Source: Rhizodiscina lignyota
Lineage: Eukaryota
NCBI GenBank assembly: GCA_010015805.1
Contig: ML978124.1
Location: forward strand, 806,001-870,000
DNA length: 64,000 bases
Reading direction: 5' to 3'
This document shows positions 25,195 to 35,925 of this stretch, piece by piece; within the stretch, counting starts at the first letter, position 1; each line of letters opens with the position of its first letter. A program made the translations under genes and the position numbers. The notes beneath the pieces were generated by a model that made no database searches, was not told the DNA's origin, and saw only the letters and a program-made list of their open reading frames with translations.

Positions 25195-26654
25195 ATGACA
25201 AGCGGCACGACCGTCACCTCCACCATGCCTACCTATACCGATCCCTCTGAACCCGCATCCGATGGCCCTCTGTACTCCTCTATCTCGAGCCTCTCCTCCA
25301 ACCCAGCAACACAACGCCAACAGGCGTCAAACATTGCTAAATCATACAGACAAGCGGCGCAACTATTCTTAACGCGGAGACTTCCGGAGGCGCTCTCTAC
25401 GATCGAACCTGTCATAGCTCCGCAGCAAGGGAACCAGGATGGGACAGCAACCGGTAGTGATGGCAGCGGTCAAGAGACGGAATCCACAGCGGCGCCAATT
25501 GCCTCTGCAAGCCGCGGAACAAGAATCAAAGTTTGGAGCTTCTATTTGACGTTCCTGAATGCGGTCGTTGACCTAGGGCCGGAAGAGGGCAAGCATGCCT
25601 TCGGGAGCACCAAATGGAAAGCTTTAGTTGCCAAAGCTAGGGATGGAACGGTGTGGGAGGACGTCGTAAGAAACGGTTACAATGGCATAGAAGGAGAAGT
25701 AGATCCAGACGTCGTCGTGAATCTGTAGGTTACCTCCGGCAAAAATCGTCTGCGAGAACTGATGCATCTAGCGCAACGCTTCTCTTAACGCACTCCCCTT
25801 CCCAGAAGCTCAACCAATCCCGCCTTGAAACTTATCTTTCAGCAACCTCTACTCCTACATTCTCAATCTCATCCTCTCAAGTTTCTGGTCCAACCCTCCA
25901 ACGGCGATCCTCTAACTCCTCTCATCATAATGGCACATCCACCCCAAGGGACTTGAATACGAGATTAAAGCTTCTCGAGCTCTACACTCTCCATATCCTT
26001 CCAAGGAACCAAGAATGGCAGTACGCACGTGAGTTCATAATGATGAGCGAAGTACTGGACGACGAGCGTAAAGAGACGTTCCTCCATGCATTGCACAACC
26101 TGCGCGAAGAATCCGAGCAGAGCGAACAACGGGAGCAAGAACTTGCCCGTGAAAGAGAAGAACAACTAGAAGCGCAACGGCAACGAGAAGAAGAAATTCG
26201 GAAGCAAGAGGAGGAGCGAGACCGTGAACGGCGGAGGAAAGAGGAAGAAGAACGTAAAAGACCGCCCAGTAGGCGGCAGAATGGCGCCACAAATGCAAGA
26301 CCCGCGGAAGTCCCAGGACCAACGGATCATGGAAGGAGATTAACCAGTCCACCGAGCAGACATCGACCGAACCAGCCCTCGCGAACACCTGCCAAGAGAT
26401 CAATAACTGCGTCACAGGGAATATATAGAAGGGCTGCGGCTCTTGTTGCGGCCATACAGTCTGCAATTACTGGGACGGCGCAGAGTGTTTCGAGCAACCC
26501 TATGGCCTTCCTACGGGCCTTCTTGTTTCTCCTGGCATTCGTATTGGCATTTGCAAGGGCAGAAGTCAGGGAGAGAGTCAAGCGATGGGTGATGGATGCT
26601 TGGGACAGGATAAGAAGGACGATCGGAATGGGTGTGAAGGTCAGCTACATCTAA
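25195..26654 (+). CDS. PEX26: Peroxin Pex26 (tail-anchored Pex1/Pex6 receptor)
   Basis: YRQAAQLFLTRRLPEALS, RIKVWSFYLTFLN; intron 25725-25771 gives VVNL|ATLLL; LELYTLHILPRNQEWQYAREFI; coiled coil; C-terminal TM and GMGVKVSYI. Start could be the second ATG (25225). Confidence 0.85.
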
Positions 26655-27177
26655 AGCTTGAATTATATCCACGACTTTGAAATGTATCAATATTGGAGTA
26701 TCCTGCATGCCGCAAGGAGCGTTCAATGTAATTGGAGGATACTTTGCGTGTATCACCGTGGAGTAAGACTTAGCAGTGTATTGCATTATACCAAATGCAT
26801 TAGCTCGCCTCGTTACTACTACGCTTTTGATAATGTTCTTCTCCTGCTCCTCTGCCGAGCTCGATCTGGGTCCTCCATCATCCCCAATTCGTTAAGCAGA
26901 TATCATTGCCGGCCTGCCAAAAAGCTTCATTCAACATCGCATGTTTTAACTCCCAGCTTCGGCACCGAAGACAGCGACCTTCAGCCTTTGAATTCATTGA
27001 AGCTTCTTCCAATATGCTGCTCTTCCAGGCCCAAAGCTTGCTTCTTCCTCCACATGAGCAGATTGATCTGAGCCTTGCCAAATGATGTCATGTCGAAGTT
27101 CGTTCTATTGAACCTGGGAACATCGTCTTCGCAATCATCTTTTGTCATAGAATGTCACCCAAGGTCCCCCGCCCGGA

Positions 27178-27504
27178 TTATTGATTCCTAAAATTCTTCT
27201 TCTGGTAGAACAGATCCGTTCTACTACTTCCCAAGTTGATAATCTTCGGACATCCGTCCCGGTCCTTCTCAAGTCGCGTGCACTCGGCGCAGTAGAACGC
27301 GTCACTGATGCCCTCTCCACCGCACACGATGCACTTATTGTTGTAATTGCCGAAGGAGCACTCGTCGCAGATTCGTACCAAGGTTGTTGGGCGCACATAC
27401 GAGTCGCAGATGGGGCATTTGCCGTCGCATTTGTCGCATAGACGGCCGATGGCGATGCCGGAACTCTTGCGGCACATTACAAGATCGGGGTGATGTCGCG
27501 ACAT
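27178..27504 (-). CDS. RDS3: PHF5A/Rds3/Ini1 SF3b splicing factor
   Basis: Highly conserved sequence [39 protein letters not shown]...[22 protein letters not shown]. Confidence 0.97.
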   Translation of the reverse strand: MSRHHPDLVMCRKSSGIAIGRLCDKCDGKCPICDSYVRPTTLVRICDECSFGNYNNKCIVCGGEGISDAFYCAECTRLEKDRDGCPKIINLGSSRTDLFYQKKNFRNQ

Positions 27505-27823
27505 GTTTGTGGCTGATGCTTCGGTTTTGCGGTTGTTGAGCGGCGATAGAGATTGTAAGTTCTTTTGAAGTTACTTTTCGAACTTGGAGGATTCTGGGCT
27601 CTGAGTGTGTCGTGTGTTCGAGGTGGTGAAAGAAGTGGCGAAGATATTGATGCATTTCAAATGTTGTCCTAACGCTTATATACCTTGCTGTTATGGCCAT
27701 AATTCGGCTGCAGTCGGACTTCGAGATCTTTCTATCACACTCCATGCCGTAACTTCTCCGCGAATCATTCTCCGCGCACGACCAACCAAAGCGAACCAGC
27801 AATTTGACCACTGGATTGCAAGA

Positions 27824-28871
27824 ATGGCGGATGAGGAATTGTACTGCTTCTGATTTTCCTGCGCGCAAGAATGTCAAGCTAATACTATCTAGAATGGTAG
27901 AGTCCGCGGTGGTCGTTCCAGCCGAACCTCTCATAGAATCACAAGCTTCACCACCTCCTCCACAACGAAATGGCTCTCTCAAACGCCGCCAGTCCTCCAT
28001 TTCGTCAATATCTAGCAAACGTCCTCGCCTCAGCTTTGATGGGGCTCCCGAGTCTCGCTCCGCCAACTCACCTACCCAAGATACTCCAGCTCCAATTCAC
28101 TCCCCAGAACGCGCGCCTCTGCGCAAAGCCAGCATAGACATGGACAAGAAGCGCGCAAAGAGGATGTTTGGCAATTTTCTCGGTGCAATCTCACAGAAAA
28201 GCGAGACGGTATCCCAAAGGAAAAGAGCAGATGTAGAGAAGAGGGCACAGGCTAAGCTTCGACAGCAGAGTGAAGAGGACGAGGCAGCGCGTCAACAGAA
28301 GCTGGAGGAGATACAAAAGAAGCGCAAGGAGCAGCAAGTCGTGTGGGAGGAGAAGAGCGTGGAGGTTCGCCATAGCAACATGCGTGCAACAGCAAACTTC
28401 CTGAGAACAGATGCTGAGCCGCACCTAGTGAGTATACCGAGCACGATGCCCATTTCTGTGTATGTTGACCTATTATTGCACCAGTACTACAAACCATACG
28501 AGCTTCGACCGTCCGACAAAGAGCGCATCGAGCGCCAAGTGAAGGATGTGGAGGAGATCATCGAAAGCGAGAAGGAGGAGCTTGAGAAGCGAAGGCAGGC
28601 GCGGTTAGATGCGACTGAAGCTCAAATGATCGATCAAACAGAGCATGGTGAAGAAGACCGTAGCAAATTCGGAGACCCCGGCGCAGTCCATGAAGAAGCA
28701 GCAGCAAGTGAAGAGCAGGGGGCAAGTAAGGCTACAAACGGGGATAGTGAAGATGCCTCTCAGGTCGCCAATGGCGCACCGACGGCTCTCATTGAGCATG
28801 AAAATAACAAGGAGATGGCCGATGATGGCGGAGAGGTGGTCGAAGGAGAAGAAGACACCGTGATATACTGA
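27824..28871 (+). CDS. Pinin/SDK/MemA-domain nuclear protein
   Basis: ATG 27824; intron 27841-27892 gives MADEELMVESAVVVP; KKRAKRMFGNFLGAISQ; FLRTDAEPHL|YYKPYEL with in-frame intron 28428-28484; acidic tail ending EDTVIY. Confidence 0.82.
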
Positions 28872-29012
28872 TTTGCGTGCACAGTTGCGTTGACTCCTTG
28901 GAGTTCAAGCATTCTTGGAGTTGCTTGAATTGTAACATAGTTTAACGGGCCACAGAGCAGATCCTCAGCAGCAGCTATATGATACGCAAGCGAGCTGCAA
29001 TTAACAAAGAAC

Positions 29013-30455
29013 TCACAGCTTCACAACGACCTTCGCCGCTGACACGCCTTGCTTGTGACGATCGACCGCTTCCTGGCATTTAGCGAGGCCACCCTCTATC
29101 ACAATAGGATCTGGCTTCGCTTGGAGAGTACCATCGGCCAAAGCTCCTGGTACCCACTTGCCCCATACACCTTCTGCTACGGCCGGTGACTGCACCGCGA
29201 TAGTTGCTGCATACACTAGATTTTGTTAGTCTACATTCTCGCTCGTGTAAGACAACAATCTTCTCCCTGTAGATATCGCTAAGTTCGAATAGAGCGGTAT
29301 AATATTCTTCCTGGTTGAGAAGAATACACTTGAATGGATAAGAAACCCTATGAATCGGACTTGGTGACATGATTGAAGATGCATTTGGGCGGAAGAAAAG
29401 ACTGATCAATCAGAAAGGCAGACATACTTGAGGATCCGGTGACGTTCTTTCCCATATCTCCTCCAGCGCCGGGCTTCGTCAATGCCAGCTTTCCTCCACC
29501 AAATCGTTCAGCGACCTCGACACATGTCTTCAAGGTATCGTCCGTACAGATGGAATCAAAGCCCCCTGCAAACGTGCCTCCTTCGAGGGCTTGGACCAAC
29601 TGATCGACCAGGTTTGTGCTATGATGATCGACGACCGCCTTTGCGCCAAGGCTTTTCACGTATTCAAGGTTGTGTTTAGAGGCAGTTGATACGACGTCAA
29701 ATCCAGACCCAATGGCCAGTTGGATTGCCACTGTTCCAACGGAAGATGAGCCACCGTAGACGAGTAACATCTTGCCATTGGGTTTTGTGCCCTTTGCGGG
29801 CAACGGTAGTCCAAGGAGGTTCTCCTGGTACAAGCCACATGCTGCTGTTGATAGAGCGAGAGGAAGAACAGTAGCCCTTTCAAAGGAGAGGGAGTCTGGG
29901 ATTGGGGCAACGTTGCTCTCTTTACAGATAGAGTAAAGCTGGAACGCGCCGTCCTTGGGATCGTTCGTCATGAGTCCAACGCAATGACTGTCGACGTTTA
30001 GTAAGTGCGGCAGTGATAATTGATTGGTGAACTTACCCAATGACTCGCTGGCCCTTCTTAAGATGGGTGACATCTTTGCCAACTTCTACGATTTCCCCTG
30101 CAACGTCGGTACCGATTACATTTGGGAACTTCTCGTAGATGATGCCTGTGCATGGTCAGATTTGATTCTGAATACCACGATATCGGCATACCGAAATCCT
30201 GCCATTATGGAGTCAGTGCATGCAATTCAATAAGAACTTGAATCAGACCTCACCTGAACCACTATTATCAAAGTCAATGTCAGCAAATTTCGTCTAGCGA
30301 GAGTGAGTAATTGACGCACTCCAATCAACTGGATTGATCCCAAGGGCGGAATTCTTTATCAAGACCTCGTCCGCTCCAGGAGTATAATATTCAGCATCGC
30401 CAACCTTCAATGGCTTCGCTTTGGCTTCAGTGAGCCAAGCTGCCTGATTCTTCAT
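29013..30455 (-). CDS. Medium-chain dehydrogenase/reductase (trans-enoyl reductase-like, CipB/ToxD type)
   Basis: Exons 30455-30320, 30261-30254, 30198-30192, 30145-30037, 29987-29428, 29215-29013. Product MKNQAAWL..INPVDWMVQDFGII..GTDVAGEIVEVG..GAFQLY..LLVYGGSSSVGTVAIQLA..GVSAAKVVVKL. Confidence 0.9.
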
Positions 30456-31300
30456 CTTTCTTGCTCCTTTTTATGAGACAACACTAGTGAGAATAGATGA
30501 CTGCGTGAAAACCGCAACGACTGAAATGAAAGAAGCCCACTGTCCGTTAACAGACCTTCAACTTAAATGAAAACATACAAGGCATCTCTTTGTTCCCACT
30601 ACACGCTCTGTCTACTGACATAATAGACTAAATGGAGTACGGAGCAAAATAGTCGGTCTTATCTCCATCACCGACCTTTATGACGAATCGGAGCCTCGGG
30701 ATCGCCTCGGATTTCAGCTCCACCTTTCTCGCTCTTACACAATCGGCCAGTTTATTTCGCCGTGATTGTTTCTAATAGATCCTGTCAGTTTCACCAACGT
30801 AAATATGCCGTAGATGGTTTACGGTACTCCTGCACCGATAATTCTGCTTCCAATCATGCCGAAGCCGTGCGCGTCGGAGTTCACCGAAAGCGTAAAGTCG
30901 CCGGCCAACAGAATATCCAAATCTGCTCCTCTATTTGTCCAACTCACCAATTCATTTCATGTGGTCCATGTGTTCTTACAGACTTCTAAGCATCAGCACA
31001 ATAACCCTTACAGATGTTCCGACCCTGCTGGGTTTGGGAAACTGATTGTGTGTTGAATTTACGTGACTTTGGCCTTGGACTGCTACAAAGAAGACAGCAC
31101 GAACGACGTCCCGTGTGCTCGCACAGTAGTAGGGAAGGAATCTGAAGATCTGAAAGCTTACAGATTAAGGCTTCTCGTTACAATTTTTTACTTTTGAATA
31201 TCATCGCTGAAAAGACATCAAGGTATCGTAGAAAGATTCGAAGTCTCCAATAAGGTCAACTCCGAAAAGTGGAACAATAAAACCATCTCAACCATCGCCC

Positions 31301-32119
31301 CTAAAACAACGCAGCACCAAGAAGTGCCCCTCCAAGCAACCCACCAACCAGAGGCAGCCCTAATCCTCCGCCATAGCCATAGCCCACGGGACGGTTATAG
31401 TCATATTGTGGTCGAATGAAACGTGCATTTGGGTTGTTTGCATATGGTCCTTGTGTATATGGGTTGTACCCGTATGCACCCCGCGGTGCACCTGGCCCAC
31501 TCGGCGGTTCGATGTACACGTCTCTACCATTTCGATCCTTGCCCAGATACTGCGGCTGGCCGCTCTGAATCGCCTGTGACAGCGCCCGACGATAGGCGAG
31601 GTGCTGCTCGTATTGCTGGCGCTCTAGCTCGGCACGCTGCCGTCTCGATGTCTCGCGCTCCTCATGCGTAGTCTGCGTAACTTTGTCCTTCAGCCTGCGA
31701 CCGAACTTGTGAATTCCGGTCGGTTGGCCGGATGATCCGGAAATTTCAGGCGCTCCTGCTGTCCTGGATGGACCAGCATGCCCCTCTTCATCGCTGCTTT
31801 CTGCCTCGATATCCTTCAGACTGATGCTCTTCTGGAGGCGGTTTATGTTCTCCCGCTCTTCCTTAGGCAGGGATTTGAGGTACTCGTCATCGTCGTACGG
31901 ATGATGCCACATTGAGCGCGGAGGATCTGCCGTGGTGTCTACGAAGAACTGATGATTGTGCGCAGTGTCGAATTGGCGCACCCAACCCTTAGGTAGGGGC
32001 CTATGCTCATCTTCCATTGATCTCCGGTGATCCGGGGGAATCCCATTTCGAGTTTCAGCCTTAGACTTCCCTGTAGCGTTCTCGTAGCTTGGAGGTGCTT
32101 CTTTCGGTTCGTCTGCCAT
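31301..32119 (-). CDS. WW-domain protein with Gly-rich hydrophobic C-terminus (Wwm1-like)
   Basis: LPKGWVRQFD..FFVDT..RSMWHHP WW domain; N-terminal PPSY motif; C-terminal GGLLGGALLG. Confidence 0.85.
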   Translation of the reverse strand: MADEPKEAPPSYENATGKSKAETRNGIPPDHRRSMEDEHRPLPKGWVRQFDTAHNHQFFVDTTADPPRSMWHHPYDDDEYLKSLPKEERENINRLQKSISLKDIEAESSDEEGHAGPSRTAGAPEISGSSGQPTGIHKFGRRLKDKVTQTTHEERETSRRQRAELERQQYEQHLAYRRALSQAIQSGQPQYLGKDRNGRDVYIEPPSGPGAPRGAYGYNPYTQGPYANNPNARFIRPQYDYNRPVGYGYGGGLGLPLVGGLLGGALLGAALF

Positions 32120-32743
32120 GGCTTGTATGTTTTGTTATGCGATTTATGAAAGAGTTGAGGAAATTGGACAGTAGACAGAAGAATTTATCCTGATGAATGT
32201 GAAGGCAATTGCGGTGTGGCTGTGTCAAGAGTCGTTGACGCGTGACACCGTAAGTGGCAATGGTGAGAACTTCTGACTTGGAGCTTGAGAGAAACGTGAA
32301 GAAAATTGCCTGCGAGTCCGTATAGATCTATATACTTCGACAATGTGGCTTTGAGGTTGATTTTGAGTTGAATTTGGAATCCCGCCGCGTGCCCGAAGTC
32401 GTGTGAGAGGTTGGAGTTGTTGAAGCGTGCGCCTCAAAGATTCATAATCCAGCTCTCGCCCAAAGCGGTAAGGTGCGAACGCCTTTGTCAGGAGGAACTT
32501 CCGGAACCTGTTCAGCTGTGACGTCTTCATCTCAATCTAAGGTGGCTTGGACGCTTTTTCTTCTATGGAATGAAGAGTTGCCGAAATCCGTTGAAATCTA
32601 ATGCTATGGTAATACGACAAACCCGAAGTGCTTCATCCCTCCGTAACGCCACAATCTCGGTCTAAAAATTAATTTACAATGACCGGACGAAATCTTAAAA
32701 AAAAAAAAGCTGGCTCCCCTGTCCTCAGGCACTAACGGTTAAT

Positions 32744-33758
32744 TCAAACCCACGGTACTACTTTAGGAGTTGCTCTCCGCGCGGCTTCTTCATCGTCACG
32801 ACCGTGTGCAGCGTAACTCCCAGGTCCAGACTTATTTTTTTCGACAAGCGGAATAGCAAAGCCAGTTGCCAGATACATGACAACGACAATGTACTCCATC
32901 AACGAATGCATAACGATCAATGCGGCGATTGAGCCAAAGAGCGGGCTCCACGTCGGATCCTCAAGGTTACCGGAGAAGACCGACAGGCAGGAGTAAATGA
33001 TGCGGACGGTCAGGAATGGCACGGATGCACTGATAGCGTACAGGATCTATTCAGAAATGTCAGTCATACGGGGAAACCTGCAAATTCGATCAAAAATGGT
33101 AGAAACTTACCCTCAAGCTGCTGTTATGAGCGAGACCTTCACGTTTGGTCCAGAAAAGTAAATCAAATGCAATGATAGCACCAACGATCGCGGCGAATAA
33201 GATGTAGCCAGCCTTTGAGAGCTTCGTTCCAGTGGACACATCGCTGGCATTGTTGTAGTTTCCCTGGAGGCAGCTGCCAGCAATGACGAGGGTGACACCG
33301 ACAAGCAAAATGACACGTAGAGCGATGATCTGTATTTCGATTCGTTTATGCTCCGGAAAGTCGATAAATTTGCTGAGATCATATGAGTCTTTGAATTTCT
33401 CATTCATACCACTCTCGGAAACTAACATTATCCTTAAGAGTCCGATGGTGGATAAGATTAGCGGGATAACACCAGTCCCTTGGAAAACCAGTCCTGCGAT
33501 GATATACCCGACACTTTGAGGGTGGTTCTCGAAGACTACAAGGATAGCACCTTCAGCAATGCGAACTGTAGAGACTTTTTAGCAGAGGCTTTAGTTAGGC
33601 AAAAGGCCAGTCGTACCTGAGCTGAACAAGACGAGGGAAGTCCACGCCATCCTCGGTCGTCCATGTTTATGGAAGATCAGGAAGCACGTAGCAAACAGCG
33701 CTGGTATGTAAAAGGCAATCTGAGCAATTCCGACATCCGAATGCACGTTCAAAGTCAT
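32744..33758 (-). CDS. Multi-pass integral membrane protein of unknown function (fungal 7-TM type)
   Basis: ATG 33758; introns 33616-33566, probably 33426-33373, and about 33110-33047. About seven hydrophobic segments; PFLTVRIIYSCL and MEYIVV motifs. Confidence 0.75.
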
Positions 33759-34158
33759 CTTCGATTTCGTTCTGTCGTTCTTATTCCGTGGAGAAGAGGG
33801 CTGAGAGAAGTGATAGACCGCGATGACTTGAACCAAGAGAAGATGAACTTGCAATACCTACACAAGGCATTCCACTTGCTCTATATACTGTTTGCCATCG
33901 CAAGCGAGAGTTCAGCACGCGAAGTTCGCAGCGTCATTGAGGTCATTGTGGCCACGCCGGTTTCGCGAATTGTCTCTTAATCTGGCGGGATCTGTTGAGG
34001 CTGTTGACATCTTCATATCTGCCAGTGTACCGAGTATAACACGTCCATCGATCTGGAGGTGTGCGTTTACTTAAGTGTTCGGAATTCTTATGTAATGCAG
34101 ACTTGCCACGCAAATTTAAGAAGCAATGAAGAATGCATTTCCAGATAACCGCGTGATC

Positions 34159-35481
34159 TCATGTGTTCATTGGAAAAGACACCATGGGGAACAGCACAGC
34201 TGGTATATACGACGAGTCTGTCAACGACGGTCTGTGCCTCCTAGCCATAGTACGTTTATGTCTTCTGAGAACAAGCTTGATGTAAGAATAGAGTATCGTC
34301 CGATATGCTTCTCTCGAGATCTTGGCGGGTAACCTTGGATCGCGGTGGAATCTATGCCACGTTTCTTGATACACGGCTTCCAAGCTGTTCAAGAATTCGG
34401 AAGAACCATCGTTTTCCGAGTCTGCCGCTATGCCGTGCGCTGTCGAGGATGTCGTATGAATGAGTCCAAGTCGATTCCAAAGCACCCAGGCTACGCCGAC
34501 AAAAATGCGCATTTGCTCTTTGGACTTCTCCACGATCCAACCAGCTGCTATTTTCGCTACAGTAGTCATCCATACCTCCCGCAAGGAGCGTCTATAATTT
34601 ACGGGCACTTGATAGACTTCACCCAGCATGGAGAGGAGCGCAAAAACCTGGTCTCGCGGTTCAGAGCACTGGCATCCCGCCGTAAGCAATAACACAGAGT
34701 GCCAACTCCTTTGCGATGCCCCCTGCTCGCCGAAATGACTACGGCCGCGAACAACCAACATGACTGACAGGCGGTCTGCATACTCAGCTTCTCCAGTTCT
34801 TAACAGGCCGCCTCGTCGAGATACATTCGGGTCGAAGGTGTCCAGATCGAGGGAGCGCGAACCAAGATACATTTGCAGCCGCTTCGCGAGCAGCATTTCC
34901 TGACAGACCCAAAGACGCGTCCAGTAAGAATTATCAAACACTTGCTCCAATGCCGCTCTATGATTTTGTGGCTTCAGTCGTGAATCTCGGTCGTTTTTAA
35001 GATTGCTACTCCGTGATTGCAGAGCAGTCATCAAGCCGCCGCTACCTGGGAAAGCTTGACCGAGCCATATGACCACTTCCTCGGCATTGCTGTAAATATC
35101 GCCCATTTGCTGAACCTGATGATTTCGTTCTATTTTATTGTCCTGGTCAATGGTGATCTGGTCAATCCAAAAACGAGTTGGTAAACTCAGCTCAGGCTGC
35201 GACTGAGCCATTGTCAAGAACTCGTAGAGATTTTGCCGAACAGAAAGAAGCCTGCCCTCGATGACTATATTGCTGCTCGGATCAGGCTCGCCCCAGGTGT
35301 ACGAGAGTGCTTTGTAGACAGGCTTGTCATCCAGACTGACATTTTCGATTTTACATCTCACACCTGTGGAAGCCCCTGCAGGAGCACGCAGAATCTGTAC
35401 GAGACGTATCTGTCGTTGATTAAGGTCGAGAGGCTTGTGGTGGAAGCGGCCATCAAATACACCTCCGATGAAAGGGACCAT
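34159..35481 (-). CDS. Heterokaryon incompatibility (HET domain, HET-6-like) protein
   Basis: IRLVQIL, YKALSYTWG, FWIDQITIDQ..ERNHQVQQMGDIYSNAEEVVIWLG, YWTRLWVCQEM, CSEPRDQVFALLSM; no intron needed. Confidence 0.92.
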   Translation of the reverse strand: MVPFIGGVFDGRFHHKPLDLNQRQIRLVQILRAPAGASTGVRCKIENVSLDDKPVYKALSYTWGEPDPSSNIVIEGRLLSVRQNLYEFLTMAQSQPELSLPTRFWIDQITIDQDNKIERNHQVQQMGDIYSNAEEVVIWLGQAFPGSGGLMTALQSRSSNLKNDRDSRLKPQNHRAALEQVFDNSYWTRLWVCQEMLLAKRLQMYLGSRSLDLDTFDPNVSRRGGLLRTGEAEYADRLSVMLVVRGRSHFGEQGASQRSWHSVLLLTAGCQCSEPRDQVFALLSMLGEVYQVPVNYRRSLREVWMTTVAKIAAGWIVEKSKEQMRIFVGVAWVLWNRLGLIHTTSSTAHGIAADSENDGSSEFLNSLEAVYQETWHRFHRDPRLPAKISREAYRTILYSYIKLVLRRHKRTMARRHRPSLTDSSYIPAVLFPMVSFPMNT

Positions 35482-35925
35482 GGCAGTGCATACCTTCTCG
35501 GTATCAGTTGCAGATTTCTCGAGAGAATTTCGTCCTGAGGCTGAGCAACGCCACAAAATCTCGCAATCACGTGTTCGGTGAATTGATTCCGCTTTGGGTC
35601 TTAGGGCAATTCGGACGACGAATAGCGAAGGCTAAGGCGCGATTCGCGAGTCAACCTCCACATGCAGCCCCACGACGATGCCTTGCGAAACTACGCAGGG
35701 CAGACTATACAGTGCTTGGTTGTTGTCCAAGCCACGATGGTCAACGTGGATGTAGCTCAGGGCAACTTGAGCGGGCTTTTCCATTCCTTTTATCTTTGCC
35801 GCAGGTGATCTCAACTCGCGCAATGTTACTCTCTTTAGCTTCGCTTCGACGCGTTTTTGCCCCTCAACATCAAACTCCAGTACTAGTTGATCAATCATCT
35901 GAGTGTTCGAGAGTCCTTGTCCAAT

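Noticed and set aside
29013..29024. C-terminal VKL of the oxidoreductase as a PTS1
   Set aside because: Matches the ordinary terminal beta-strand of MDR enzymes, and Val at -3 is non-consensus.
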